DNA from: Cetorhinus maximus
Lineage: Eukaryota
DNA length: 64,000 bases
Direction of reading: 5' to 3'
Assembly (NCBI RefSeq): GCF_964194155.1
Contig: NC_135886.1
Location: 2,604,001 to 2,668,000, forward strand
The position numbers were made by a program, and so were the translations under genes. Each line of letters opens with the position of its first letter. The stretch's first letter is position 1. The notes under the pieces are model-generated. The model was given only the letters and a program-made list of their open reading frames with translations, ran no database searches and was not told the DNA's origin. Positions 1 to 13,205 of this stretch are shown piece after piece.

Positions 1-454
1 AGTTGTACAACATACTGGTACAACAAATGAGAAAAAAAAAATCACATGACGGTCCCAATCCAAAACAGTCCTCCCCCACCCCACTCCTCCTTTGGTTTCT
101 GAATGACCCACTACACTTCTGTACTTTTTTCTGATCTTACTAATACTAGAAAATCATTTAAATATTCTGAAGGATCCAAGTGTCCGTTGGCAGAAAAACT
201 GGTCCAATAAAGTCCCAATGTTTCAACATTCAGAGTGTAACGCAGCCTCTTGTCTTACAAGTGGGAGAGGTCTGGAGGGTTATGGACTGGGTGCAGGTCA
301 ATGGGACTAGCGGAATAATATTTCGGCACTGACTAGAAGGGCCAAATGGCCTGTTTTCTGTGCTGTAGTGTTCTATGGTTCTAAGTCCAACTACTTGGAC
401 AACTTGGAATGTTTTTGAAGAGAGAACGACCCACTCCGGTGAAGAATTGTTCGA

Positions 455-945
455 GTTTCTGTGCACCACATTTTGGGAGGGAATTTGAAGGCTTTGGAGA
501 GGGTGGAAGGGGATTTACTAGAATGGTTCCAGGGATGAGGAATTAGTTACATGAATGGACTGGAGAATCTTCAGTTGCTTTCCTTAGAGCAGAGGTTAAG
601 AGAGATTCGAGGGAGGTGTTTAAAAGTCAAGAGTTTAGACCAGTACACAAACAGAATCTGTTCCCAATCGATAACCAGAGGGCACAGATTCACTAAAGAG
701 TCCAAGGCAACATGAGGAAGAACATTTTTTTGTTAAAAACAAGAGTGGTTAGGATTTGGAATGCACTGTCTAATAGGGTGATGGATACAGATTCAATAAT
801 AACAATCAAAAGAGAATTGGATGAACAGTTATCCAGCCATATAAGGGAAAGAGCAAGGGAGTGGGGCTAACTGGATTGCTCATTGAAAGAGCCAGCGCAG
901 ACTCAATAGGACAAATGGTCACCTTCTGTGCTGTACAACCGTATG
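455..945 (+). mobile_element. Decayed CR1-clade LINE 3' fragment
   Basis: Resembles the end of CR1 ORF2 and the 3' tail (..aaatggtcaccttctgtgctgtac..) seen in better-preserved copies at 12023-12340 and 18981-19760. Boundaries approximate. Confidence 0.7.
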
Positions 946-1540
946 AAAACACAAAAAGTGTGGTATATATTTGTCAGCTGTGGTCATACAATCGCTCCAA
1001 CACATAGAAAAGGTTGTAAATAGATGGTAGTTTTGTCAGTTTCTGTAAAGAAACAGGATAATGTTTCCACTGAGCACCCATACACAGGATCTACAGCCGG
1101 CCCTTCGGCCCATCTGGTCTATGCTGCTGTTTATGCTCCACACAGTTTTCTTCTGACCTTAACTTCACCTAACAACATCTCCATGTTTCTTTCTCCCTCA
1201 TGTGCTTAACTAGCCTCTCCTTAACCTGGTTAGAATTCCAACTCCTTCAAAATCCAAAAGCTTTTTTTTTTGGTTCTGATTAAAAGAAAGTAGTTTTACA
1301 TCCGCTTTGACAGGCTGGGGTGATGCAGGTTTAACACAAATCCTGTGACAGTGTCTCTAGCATCCCCCCCCTCCTCTCTCTCTCTCTCTCTCTCCCAGCT
1401 GGTGGTCTTGGTGCAGTCAGACCCAATTCCAAAGGACTCGAAAGGCAGATTCTCCTCTCCACAGGCGTTGCTAAGAGCTGCTGGGTTTTTTCTCTCTCTC
1501 TCTCTCTCTCCAGCAGTTTGTGTTTTTATTTCAGACCTAC

Positions 1541-1805
1541 CCAGGACTGTGGTTTGGGCTCTCTTGCCTCCCTTCCTCTTGCCGACTCCATGTTCTGCCT
1601 CCAGCTCCTCTTGCTGAATCCTGGCCTGCTCCAGGATCTTGCGGGACAGTCTCTCATCGACGTACTCATCCTCCTCGGCCTCCTGCCCCCGGCCCCGCTT
1701 CTTGATGCGGCTGACGGCTTTCACGGCGTCTCCCTGCAGGATCTGATCGGCCAGGGCCAGGTTCCTGGGCTCCGGGCCACCCTTAGCCGCTTTAACCTTC
1801 GGCAT
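1541..1805 (-). CDS. BYSL: Bystin, first coding exon (gene continues off the left edge of the window)
   Basis: Translation MPKVKAAKGG..LALADQILQGDAV..EEDEYVDERLSRKILEQARIQQEELEAEHG matches the bystin N-terminus. Phase-1 donor G|GTAGGT at 1541/1540. Adjacent to MED20 as in mammals. Confidence 0.93.
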
Positions 1806-1809
1806 TTCC

Positions 1810-1975
1810 CGCCGAGACTCACCACCGACCTTTAAAAAGCTGATCTACTCCCCTCCTACCCACCGACCCACCGGATTCCCGATTCCAGGGGCCCCCCCGG
1901 ACAGGATTAAACAGCCACACTACTGGCCAGCCCACGTGGCCCGGACACCCGCCCACTGCGCCTGCGCGGCATGTA
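1810..1975 (-). promoter_or_regulatory. GC/CpG-rich BYSL promoter region with E-box and NRF1-like motif
   Basis: CACGTG at 1933-1938 and TGCGCCTGCGCG at 1957-1968, 130-165 bp upstream of the BYSL ATG. Function inferred. Confidence 0.55.
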
Positions 1976-2544
1976 ACCATTTCACTGTAACACACCGCGT
2001 TCCATTCATTAGCATAGTCAATTTCATGCAAATTGAAGCTTCCTGCTGCCTTTCTCTCCTCTGGTCCACCCAGACCTGTTGTCTCTGGAAATCATCCATT
2101 CCATGCAGCCCCAGAAAGAGGCCGTTCAGCCCATCGTGCCTCTGCTGGCTCTTCCGAACTCATCCAACTAGTCTCACAACGACCCCCCCTCCCACCCCCA
2201 CATCTTAACCCTACAAACTTTTCCCCTTCAAATACTCATCCGGTGCTATCGAACTGGATTCCACCAGCTTTTCAGGCAGATCATAACTTTCCTTCAGCCC
2301 CACAACCTGCGCCCCTCTAATTCTGACCTCTTGAGCACCCCTGATTTTAATCGCTTCACCATTGGTGGCCGTGCCTCCAATTGCCAAGGGCCTAAGCTCT
2401 AGAATACCCTCCCTACACTTCCCCACGTCTCTACCTTGCTTTCCTCTTTTTAAACTCTCCTTAAAACCTACCCCTTTGACCAAGTCACCAGGTCACCTGC
2501 CCTAATATTGCCTTCTGTGGCTCTGTGGCATACTTCGTTTTCAC

Positions 2545-2980
2545 AGAATTAATACAGTGCAGAACGAGGCCATTTGGCCCATCGTGTCTGCACCTGCTCT
2601 CCGTATGAGCCATTCACCTAGTGCCACTCCCCCTGTAACACTGCACATTGTTCCTTTTCATATAACAGTGAATGCCTCAATAGAACCTACCTCCACCACA
2701 CTCTCAGACGCTGCATTCCAGACCCTAACCACTCACTGTATGAAAAAGTTTTTCCTCAAGTCGCTTTCACTAACTCCTTTAAATCTGTGCCCTCTTGTTC
2801 TCAGCCCTTTCAGGAGTGGGAACACTTTCTCCATATCTACTCTGCCCAGACCCCACATGATTTTGAACACCTCTATCAAATCTCTCAGCAATCTTCCCTC
2901 CAAGGAAAACAGTCCACCTTCTCCAATCTATCTTCATATCTGAAGTTCCTCATCCCTGGAACCATTCTTGTGAATCTTTC
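2545..2980 (-). mobile_element. CR1 3' fragment inserted in an L2-like tail (about 2340-2544 and 2985-3060)
   Basis: Reverse-strand CR1 tail motifs (gcattccagaccctaaccactcactg, gattttgaacacctctatcaaatc). The flanks match the L2-like tail at 9480-9725. Confidence 0.65.
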
Positions 2981-3787
2981 ATAGTACTCCTGTGAAGCAT
3001 TCTGGGGATTTTTTAAATAACATTAAAGGTGCTACGTGAATACAAGTTGCTGTAGTTGTTGTTGCATAAAATAAAGTCCCTCTGGTTATTTTGTCAATTT
3101 CCTAAATCCACAACCTTAGTCCATGCCCATATCCTCAACTCTCTATTCTTCTACTGGGCCCAGAGCCAGCGGCCCAGCCTTGATCCTCCATAAGCTTCAA
3201 CTCATCCAAAACCCGACAGGCCTGCACAAAGGCTCACTCTCCCACCACCATCTGCAAGCTCACATGAGCCATCAGACCCAAGGGTGCCAATTTCAAAATT
3301 CTTACACTTCTTTCAAATCCAGGTGGGAGATGAGGAGAATTATTTTTATGTGGTGATTTATGATCTGAAACATGCTGCCAGAAAAGGGTGGTGGAAGCAG
3401 ATTCAATAGTAACTTTGAAAAAGGAATTAGATAATTCAATATAATTCCATGTAAGTTAATTACTTGAAGGGGAAAATTAGCAGGGCTAGGAGGAAAGAGC
3501 AGGGTAGTGGCACTGATTGGATAGCTCTTCCTAAGAGCCGGCACATGCATACTAGGCCAGACAGGTTCCTGCTGTGCTATATGATTCTATGATTCAATGA
3601 CAAATGCTTAGTAACATGTCTGCTGAAGGTCAGGAAGATCCTGGGTTTCTCAGTAAGTATTTTCTTCTTAAAATTTGCAATTCCATTACTGCAACCAAGA
3701 TGGTGAAAATGGCTGCAACTTCCTCTGCTCCTGAGTTTTGTGGAGATTCAAGAAGAAAGGGACTATCAGGGAGATTCATGAACCACC

Positions 3788-4170
3788 TGCTATTATCCAC
3801 AGATCCATATTTATAGACCCAAATAGAACTACCTGGGATTTTCAGAAAAAGTTTGACATGTCAAGCTTAGGTTTACCATGGCAGCTGTAACAGAGCTATG
3901 TCATCTATTCAGGCTAATCTGCTGAAAACTCTGGAACAGGAGCAGCACTGCCAGCGGCTCTCAAGGTCACAACCACCTCCGACTTCTATGCATCCTGCTC
4001 CTTTTGACTAGCACAGGGGGATAACTACAGCATCAATCAATCTGTGGTGCACAGTTGCATCAGACCAGTCACTGATTATTCATTCACCAGGGCAAACAGC
4101 CCAAGAGATAAGTGGCAGCTGGTTCCAGTCTGCTCCAATCTGTATTGTGCCACCTTGTCCTGTAAGCAGA
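3788..4170 (+). pseudogene. Fossil PIF/Harbinger transposase (HARBI1-like) fragment
   Basis: Hand translation through stops and frameshifts: YPQIHIYRPK*NYLGFSE..LRFTMAAVTELCHL and, from 3945, ALPAALKVTTTSDFYASCSF*LAQGDNYSINQSVVHSCIRPVTDYSFTRA. This resembles the Harbinger motif LPVAVKVT.ALNFYASGSFQ...GD..GISQS.VH.CIR.VTDALF.RA. Confidence 0.7.
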
Positions 4171-5820
4171 GAAACGGTGTTGAGATTTTGGAGGTGTGGG
4201 GAACATATTGTGGCGTTATGCCCCTGATACAGCAACATTTTGTGTGTCTGTGAAGATGTGTGGACATGCATAAGTACTGTGCAACTAGATTTTGTTAAGA
4301 TGTCAACATGCCAAGAGTTTGAGATAAATTGCAACTGGAATTGGTACTCTTCTACTTCATGGCAGATATGGTAAAGTTCCAACAGTTGTTAGGTAGTCTG
4401 AGTCCTTTGTATGGAGCAACAGTTGATTTCTAACAATGTAGGGGATCCATGCTTATTTTATGTGTCTGTGTGACAAAAAGCTGCTTGTAGATGAGCCTGC
4501 CTTGGCTGATATCTTCATTTCTATTAATTTCTGATTTGATGCCATCCTTTAGTTGGTCCAGACTGCACTGACTTGTGCATCCATGCACAAGGCTACTTTT
4601 TAGGAAGGAAGTCACTGTTCATTGTCAATGAAACAAAGCCTAGGGGGCTTGTTTCAATCAAAGTAATGCCCCTAATTTTGCTATGTATCACGGTTTTTCT
4701 TTCCTTCAGCGCTTTTCCAAGGTAGAAAATTACCATCTGCTTTTGGTGTATTGCACATCCTTCCTACAAGAAATAATATTTTCCCCATAGAATAATATAA
4801 ATCAAGAGTAGCTTCTTTGGAGAAATGAACATTATATATATTTTTAATAAAAACCTGTATATATTTCAGGTCAAGAATGGGATTGAAGGTTGAACAGAAA
4901 ATTCTTGATAAGTGAATAATCAGTGTTATAAGACTTTTACTCTTCTGCTGAGTCAGGTAAATGTTACTTTGAAAAAAAGTCAATCATGGTCCAAAATGGA
5001 GGAGGAAGATAAATAGATATTTTGTACTTTTGCACCATTACTTTTGAGAATTGGTAGAAAGGTATTTGAAAGTCACTTCCTTTGTGATATTAGAAAAATC
5101 TGTCTTTGATGGGGCAAAGCTGGTTTGCCATTGTTAAAGCAAATAGGTTTGAACCCTCTTTCTATACTTTTGTATTTTTAAAAGGGCTCTTGTGAAAATA
5201 GAAAAGTTCATTTTTAATAAGCTTTCTATACCACTACGCTTTTAACTGTTTACCATCAACCTCCACACTCAATCTAATTTAAACAGTTGGAAAAATATAT
5301 TTCATAGAAGCTGTATATGTGATTTAGATCATGGTAAATTGGATAAATGTTTACTTATAACTTAATAACAGAAGGTTTATATCATGTAGTACAACAGATT
5401 CTGTTAGTAATGTAGAGACTTGTTAAAATATTCTATTCCTTGTAGGGCTATAAAGTCCAATTGCTGTAAATCCTGAATTCAATTAAAACTTAATTGCTAT
5501 TTGTAGAGAAACTTGCAGGCACTTGTCAATTTTTAGGGCAAAAGAAACAAGTATGAAATAACTACCTTTGCTCCATCTTTAAAAAATACTTTTGACACTT
5601 TTAAATGTGAAGGGCCGTTGAGGCAACAGTTGTAAATCTACCTGTATAATCATTTAAAGGGGCTGTTGATTTTCACTAGGTTTAGTGGTTTATTACTGAA
5701 CTCTACAGCGCTCAAAATTGAACTCTATTTCATTATTCAGCCTCTATCTGTTTTCTGGATTACTTGCTTGCAGACATTAGTTTACACAGTATGCTCATTG
5801 GCAGTGCAAGGGACTTCTTG

Positions 5821-5927
5821 CTCTGCTGAAGAGTCATAGGGACTCGAAACGTTAGCTGTGTTCCTCGCCGCAGATGCTGTCAGACCTGCTGAGTTTTTCC
5901 AGGCATTTTTATTTTTATTTTTGTTTT
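5821..5927 (+). mobile_element. Penelope-type short repeat with degenerate hammerhead motif
   Basis: CTGCTGA-A-GAGTC-atagg-GACTC-GAAACGTT followed by the cagatgctg.cagacctgctgag family sequence. 16-bp flanking duplication with one mismatch (5805-5820 / 5928-5943). Confidence 0.6.
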
Positions 5928-6215
5928 TGCATGGGACTTCTTGAGTTGGTGTTGAATTGGCATAAAAAGAAATAAGGAAGAAAGGCTTGCAATTATACTT
6001 GAAGTCAGTGAAACACTTTTGAAGTGTGTTCCCTGTTGTAATTTAGGAAACATGCTGTAGATGGCATGGCACACTTCTAACAATTTTCTAAATTTGTACA
6101 GAGATTTGTTTCAAATAGGCTCCTCACTTCACAAGCCTTGGTATGTGGATGTGATCAAGCTTGTCTTAACAGCAGATTTGCAACCAACTCCTGATCAACT
6201 GTGATCAGGAATGTC

Positions 6216-6415
6216 NNNNNNNNNNNNNNNNNNNNNNNNNNNNNNNNNNNNNNNNNNNNNNNNNNNNNNNNNNNNNNNNNNNNNNNNNNNNNNNNNNNNN
6301 NNNNNNNNNNNNNNNNNNNNNNNNNNNNNNNNNNNNNNNNNNNNNNNNNNNNNNNNNNNNNNNNNNNNNNNNNNNNNNNNNNNNNNNNNNNNNNNNNNNN
6401 NNNNNNNNNNNNNNN
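6216..6415. other. Assembly gap (200 N)
   Basis: Run of N; true size unknown. Confidence 0.99.
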
Positions 6416-6547
6416 GGAGCCTTTGGCATTGACTCTCTCTGTAACATCCACCCCATTGTCCAGACCTGAATTCAATTGCATTCAGCCACCCAGGGCTCCA
6501 AAGCAGCAATTTAAAATGTTCAATTTGTGGTTCATAGACCAAACCTC

Positions 6548-6631
6548 GCCCCCCCCCACCACCCCTCTCTCTCTCCTCCCCGCCACCCTCTCTCTCTCTC
6601 TCTCTCTCTGTCTCTCCCCCCCCCCCCCCAA

Positions 6632-6658
<27 letters not shown>
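6548..6658. repeat. Compound microsatellite poly-C/(CT)n/(CA)n
   Basis: Directly visible. Confidence 0.9.
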
Positions 6659-6663
<5 letters not shown>

Positions 6664-9174
6664 AATGTTCTTGTGTGCCAGTTCTGAGGAACTCCAGCAT
6701 TTCTTAAAGGTTTAATTTCCGTTTGCAATTTGAGTGTATTTTGCATCTATTCCAAGATCATGCATGTGGTAGATTTAATCTGTTTTATTTTAAATTATTT
6801 CTTTCTGCCCTGATTATATATTCTGACCAGCTGCTCCCTGTGCTGTCAGGGGTGGGGGGAGGGAGGTGTTGCTGAGATCAATGTGCCTGTTAACATTTAG
6901 GCCCCTGGGAGCAAGGAGGGCTGCAGATTCAAGACTTGCTTCACTGTTTCTGCTCTTGAGTTGCATTGGACAGGGAATTGAGATCTTTTTTGCAGCCAAA
7001 GGGTGGTGGGGGCTGAGGAACTCGCTGCCTGACAAGGTTAGAAACCCTTATCACGTTAAAAAGAACTTGGATATGCACTCGAAATGCTGTAACCTACAGA
7101 GGTACAGACCAAGAGCTGGAGAGTGGCACAGGCACGAAGGGCTGAATGGCCTCCTGTGCTGTAAATTTTCTGTGCTTGAGAGGGTGTTGGGACAAGGGAT
7201 TATCAGAGGTGTAAATGTCCATATAGAGAACCAGCAAAAGTTGACCATATCTCTCTGCTCCCTGCCTCATAAAGCCGATGCCTTGAACAAACAGCCTTGA
7301 GTAAAGGGCTTGGACATTTGAAACAAGAGGCTGGATTTTCATATCCGATGGGAATGGGAACAGCTATGGGTGTGATTTCTAAATTGTGTTCCCAGAGGCC
7401 GGCATTGGATCCCAAAATCTCCAGGACGCACTCCAGTTTTTATTGGGTGGTTGGGGGGTGGCGGGGTGGGGGTGGCGGGGGTGTGGATCAGGGGAAGATG
7501 TTGCCTCCAATTAGCGACCTGTAAAACTCCTTGAGCTTGTTAATTGGCTTGTGGGGGGAGAGAATAAGAATGTCATTTTCAATGTGAAATCGAGAAACCT
7601 GAATAGCCTGGAGCACGTTAGCTGTCAGGTTCAATGTGGGGGGAAGTGAAAGTTTGTTTTTTTTTATATATAAAGCAGAAATTTTTCGGGACTTGGGAGT
7701 GTTTGGTGGGGGGGGGGGGTGGTATCTTGTACCAAATTATGCGTATTACCCCTCACATGGCCGTATAGTTGCTTTGATGTGTGTTTAGGCTGCTGGCCCT
7801 TCGAGATGCAATCTTCAAGGCAGCAGCAGACCCCATCATGGCTGCCGTCTGCCTTTGCAGCTCCAACCTCCTGGTAATGCTCAGTGTCCCTAATTGGATG
7901 TTGAACTTGCCTCCTGACCTGTTAGGATGTTTACATTGCAAAAAAGCAACGCAGTTGTAGCGTGGAGTCAGAACCTCAAAATTATGTGGGCATTGGGCTC
8001 CCAACCCTGATTTGAAAGTCAAACCCAAAGATTTGCGCTGAGTGTGCAGCAGGACACTGGCTTATTTTAACTTTAACTGTAAATAGACCAAACGCTTGAA
8101 CTTCGTATAACCAGAAGTACAACAAAGTGCAGATGATAGCTGAAATTCCAAGATAGGTGACGAGTGCTGATAGCATGACTTCTGGCAGAGTTTAGGTTTA
8201 TGCTCTACAGAAAACATTGTGTTTTGTGCACTTTTCAGCATTGTGGAGCATACTGTAAGTCAGCCTTTCAAGTCAACAGTGATCAGTGAAAGGTTGAATA
8301 TTTTAAAATTGCAAAGCATTGTATCACTGGAGCCACTTCCTTTCATCACCAATCCTGACTACGTCTGGCAAAAAGTTTGTTCACAAGCCAGCATATACCT
8401 GACCAGCACAGCATTCAACATTCACAAGGTAGAGCAATTGCACTTGCCCTTGTTATGGACCCCAAGTTGGGTTGCCAACTCTGGTCGGAGGTAATCCTGG
8501 AGGTTTCATCGCACGATCCCTTGCCCCCATACTTCCCCTATTGGTTGCCCGATATCCATCCTCACGCTGATCCCCCTTTCCCAAAGCAAGTGTAACATAG
8601 ACTATGTTACTCAATTGGATGATTCTTGATTGTCAGTCAAACAGCCAGTTTTCCCATTGCCTGTATTTTTACAATCAATAATTAGAGGCAGTAAACAAAA
8701 TGAACACTACGTACAATTTATTTTAATGCCATGATGATTTTTCTCCACGGTTGCTTGCGGCAGTCTTGGAGATTTAATCTTTATTTCCTGGAGGCTCCAA
8801 ACCAGTTCTAGAGCATTGACAAGACAACACCAAGGCACATTGGGGATTAAGGTTCTGCTGATTTTAATTACTTTGCATTAATGTTCTTTTCCAAAGGGAG
8901 AAATACTGGTGTTGAGAGTCTCTTGGAAAATAAAAATGTCACAATCAGATACTGATTGAGAACTCACGGCCACAAGCTTTGTTTGTTGCTGTTCAGCCTA
9001 CCTTGTAATTCAAACATTTAATCTTTGAAAACCTTCAACCATGAGGCTAGAACCTGTCGACGCTGATAATGGCTCAATGGCTTTGTCTATCTGATATTTT
9101 AACGGAGGCATGAATCCATTTGAAATAAACACGTTTAGCGCCTTTAATTTAGTTTGTTCATTCTTTCGTTACCT

Positions 9175-9725
9175 CTAGACTTGACTATTCCAATGCACTC
9201 TTGGCTGCTCTCCCACATTCTCCCCACCCTGAACTTGAGATCACCCAAAACTCTGCTGCCCATGTCTTAACACGCAACAACTCTTGTTCACCTATCACTC
9301 CTGTGTTCGCTGACCTACATTGGCTCTCGGTCAGGCAACATCTTGATTTTAAAATTCTCGTCCTTGTTTTTAAATCCTTCCGTGGCCTCACTTCTTTCTT
9401 TCTCTCTAACCTCTTCCAGCCCCATAATCCTCTGAGATGTCTGTGACCCTCTAATTCCCTTGTGCACCCCAATTTTAAGTGCTCCACTGCTGGTGGCTGT
9501 GCCTTTAGTTGCCTTGGCCCTAAACTCTGGAATACCCTCTGCCCCTCTAACTCGCTTTCCTGCTTTAAGGCACACCTTAAAACCCATCTCTTTGATCAAG
9601 CTTTTGGTCATCTAATCTAATATCTCATTATGTTGCTTGATGTCGTATTTTGTTTTATAATGCTCCTGTGAAGCATCTTGGGATGTTTTATTACATTAAA
9701 AGTGATATATAAATAACTTGTTGTT
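9175..9725 (+). mobile_element. L2-clade LINE 3' fragment
   Basis: ORF remnant QNSAAHVLT..SPITPVFADLHWLSVRQHLDFKILVLVFKS is typical of the L2 ORF2 C-terminus. Tail ends ..tataaataacttgttgttg. Confidence 0.8.
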
Positions 9726-9943
9726 GTAAAACGTACCAAGGTGCTTTGCGGGGGTGGGGGGGGTGGGGTTTAATTAGCTACAACCTCTATCTAATCGGTA
9801 TTATTATTGACTGTTCATTTTCTTGTGCTGAGAATATTAATCGATACAATTGCATTTTTAAAATGATAGCGCTTATTATAAATTGTAGTGCACAACACTG
9901 TGATCTGTAGGAATAGAGCCGGGACTTGGATTTTGGATCTAAC

Positions 9944-10715
9944 TTTTTTCCAAAAAATTACTTTATTCATAAAATTTGTAAAGTTACATTACATATTAGT
10001 TCAAGGTTGACAGTACATACAATGCAAAACAGATCCATTTCTTTCCATACAGTATCTGGCACTCCTGAGGTGCCTCATCTTCCGTTACAGATTATGTTTA
10101 CAATATTCATTTCATGTTAAGTATATAGCCCAAGGTTTTCAGCCTCTTAGTGCACCATGGTAGCAGGGCCTTAGACATTGGCCTTTTCCCTGTAAGCCTT
10201 TACAGCAGCTGCCCCCAGCTTTAGTACATCCCTCAGCAAGTTGTCCTGCACCTTCGAATGTGCCAGCCTGCAACACTCAGTCGTGGACAGTTCCTTGCAC
10301 TGGAAGGCCAACAATTTTGAGATAGGCTAAAGAGCATCTTCACCGATTTGATGGTCCTCCAGCAGTAGTTGAAGTTAATCTCGCTGTGCATCCCTGGACA
10401 GTGGAGAGCACACAGCCTTATGTCATGGAGCTGCTCGGGATGAACCTCAGTTAAAAACTACACCCCTCCCCAGACCTGCTTTGCAAAGGCACATCCCAGA
10501 AGGAGATGGGCAACAGTCTCTTCCCTACCGTAGCCGCCTCGAGGGCAGTGCTCGGAGGAGGCGAGACTCTATGCGTGCAGGAAGGCTCTGACTCAGAGGG
10601 AGCTTCTCACCACCAGTCAAGCTGCGTCTTGCTCCTTGTTTGAAAGTTTTGATGATGAGGTGTTCGACCGAGTGACTGATAGTCTGCTCAGGGAGCAGAA
10701 CCTGACAGCTTTCAA
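9944..10715 (-). mobile_element. Old 5'-truncated Tx1 fragment related to the element at 28729-34037
   Basis: The reverse complement ends ttttatgaataaagtaattttttggaaaaaa, like the intact element's tail (tttttatgaataaagtatattttt). 10190-10260 aligns by eye with ORF2 VQDYVLRDALKLGAAAAKA, and about 10680-10695 with PEQTV. Confidence 0.8.
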
Positions 10716-11264
10716 TGGTGGAGTTGCACTCTCTCATACTATTTTTTCCCTTCTGGCGCATGCCAGAGTTCTGATGGTTCTGTCTCTCTTTGTCACAGCT
10801 ATTGCAAAGTGACAAATCGATTTCTTCTAATGGTGTAAAGGAACAAAAAAAAGCTTCAAAAAAACTTGAAAGCTTTCAAAATGACAGAATCAGAAATGGC
10901 TGGTGAAACTTAGCGCCAGTCTGCATCACTCATCACACTAGACACACAAGTGCAATCCTAAACCTGGTAATCTCCATCTGGTTGCTTTCAGATCATTCCA
11001 ACACTAATCCTTGGTTTATTTCTGATTTTCTTCTGTGAGCACAGTGACTGGAATATTCAAATAAAGCCAGTTTCCTTCCCAGGAATATCTCATTTGTTAG
11101 TGGCTGCAGCTGTATCGAGCTAATGAAGATAGCAGCATCCAAGCTGGGGGAAATTACCTTTCAGGGAAAAGAAGAGATTTAAAAACCTGAATTTTTAGTA
11201 GGTGGTTATTATCTGTAGATTTCTTTGGCAATAAATACACCATAGCTGTTCAAAACCATCTATT

Positions 11265-13205
11265 CGTTTTGCAAATTCTTCGGAATTCCCTAGGTTTTAG
11301 AATGGTCCCCGTGAATTGGAAGGTGGAAAAACTATCCCCGCTATTCAAGAAAGGAGGGAAAGAGGAAACCGAGCCAGTTAGCCTGACATCAGTAGTAAGG
11401 AAAATGCTAAATCAATTCTTAGAGGCATGATTATAGAGAGTTGGAAAATCATGATATGATTAAGCGGAGTCAACACTAATTTATGAAAGGGAAATGGTGT
11501 TTGACAAATCCCTCCAGTTTTTTGAGGATATAATGAGTTGGGAGGATAAGGGGGAACCAGTGGATATAGTTCATTTGGGCTTTCCAAATGGGGAGGAGAA
11601 CACCAATAGGCTGCAAAAGGGTTTAGACGGGAAGTGAGTGCGCAGGAACAAGATGGAATATGATGTGAAGTTATCTACTTTGGTAGGAAAAATCAAAAAG
11701 CAGAATATATTTTAAATGGCACGAGACTGGGGAATGCTGGTATTCAGACAGACCTGGGTGTCCGTACACAAATCACAGGAAGTTAACCATAGAAAAATTA
11801 CAGCACAGAAGGAGGCCATTCGGCCCATCTTGTCCATGCCGGCCCGAGGACACCCAGGTGCCCTTTCTAATCCCACCTTCCTGCACCCGGCCCATAGCCC
11901 TGCAGCTTACAGCACTTTAGGTGCAGATCCAGGTACTTAAGAGTTTAAAGTTTCTGCCTCTACCACCAACTTGGGCAGCGAATTCCAGACACCCACTACC
12001 CTCTGCGTAAAAAAGTTCTTCCTCATGTCCCCCTACACCTTCTGCCACTTATCTTGAATCTATGTCCCCTGGTTCTAGAATTCTCCACCAAGGGAAACAA
12101 TTTTATCCTGTCCACCCTATCTATTCCCCTCGTAATTTTGTACACCTCAATCAAGTCACCTCTCAGCCTTCTTTGTTCTAAGGAAAATAACCCCAACCTA
12201 TCCAATCTCTCCTTGTAGCTACATTTCTCTAACCCTGGCAACATTCTTGTAAACCTCCTCTGCACTCTCTCCAGAGCTATTACGTCCTTCCTGTAATGTG
12301 GTGACCAGAACTGCACACAATACTCCAGTTGTGGCCTCACCAGTGTTTTTATACAATTTCAACATTATATCCTTACTTTTATATTCTATAGCTCTGCCAA
12401 TGAAGGAGAGCATTCCATTTGCCTTCTTTACAACCTTGTCTACTTGAACTGCTGCCTTCAGGGACCTGTGTACTTGTAAGCTAAGATCTCTCACTTCATC
12501 TACCCCTCTTAGTATGTTCCCATTTATTTTGCAATCCCTGTCACTGTTTGACATCCCGAAATGTATGACCTCACGCTTAACACATGGACACAGCAAGCAG
12601 TTAAGGAAGCGAATGCTGTTTGCCTTTATTACAGAGGGATTAGAGTGTAGTATATTGTGCCGTTGTATAGAACCTTAGTGATACTCACTCCCAGGGTACT
12701 AGGTTTTGGTTGTCTTGCCTAAGGAAGGATATACTCATTTTGGAGGATGTGCAATAAAAGTTTCAGGCATATGGGGGGGATAGTCCCATGAGGAGAGATG
12801 GAGTAGCCTAAACTTATGTTCACTAGAGCTTAGAATAATGAAAAGTAATCTTATTGAAATATATAAAATTCTTAAGGGATTCTGCAGGATAGATGTTGGG
12901 AGGATATTTCCCCTGGCTGGGGTATCTAGAACTCGGGATCACAGTCTGAGTAAGGGGTCGGATGTTTAGCTCTGAGATAAGGAAAACTTGCTTCGTTCAA
13001 AGGGTGGTGTGTCTGAGAGCTGTCTTTGCTCAGTCATTGAGTATATTCAAGGTGTAGGTTGACAGATTTTTGGACACTAGGGGAATTGAAGGATATAGGG
13101 ATAGTGCAAGAAGGTGTTGCTGAGGTAGACGATCAGCCATGATCTTATTGAATAGCAGAGCAGGTTTGAGGGGCTGAATGGCCTCCTGCTCCTATTTCTT
13201 AAGTT
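11265..13205 (+). mobile_element. Internally deleted CR1 copy split by a younger antisense CR1
   Basis: CR1 RT remnants at 11290-11785 resume at 12585 after the insertion. Confidence 0.7.
11788..12580 (-). mobile_element. CR1 LINE 3' fragment (younger)
   Basis: ORF RPQLEYCVQFWSPHYRKDVIALERVQRRFTRMLPGL..LRGDLIEVYKI is a CR1 ORF2 C-terminus. Confidence 0.9.

Noticed and set aside
1296-1540. C-terminal half of the 169-aa ORF
   Set aside because: Read-through into the BYSL intron past the GTAGGT donor; includes (GA)n microsatellite translation.
7366-7385. ATGGGTGTGATTTC as MED20 exon 1
   Set aside because: Encodes MGVIS rather than MGVTC and has no GT donor after nt 14.
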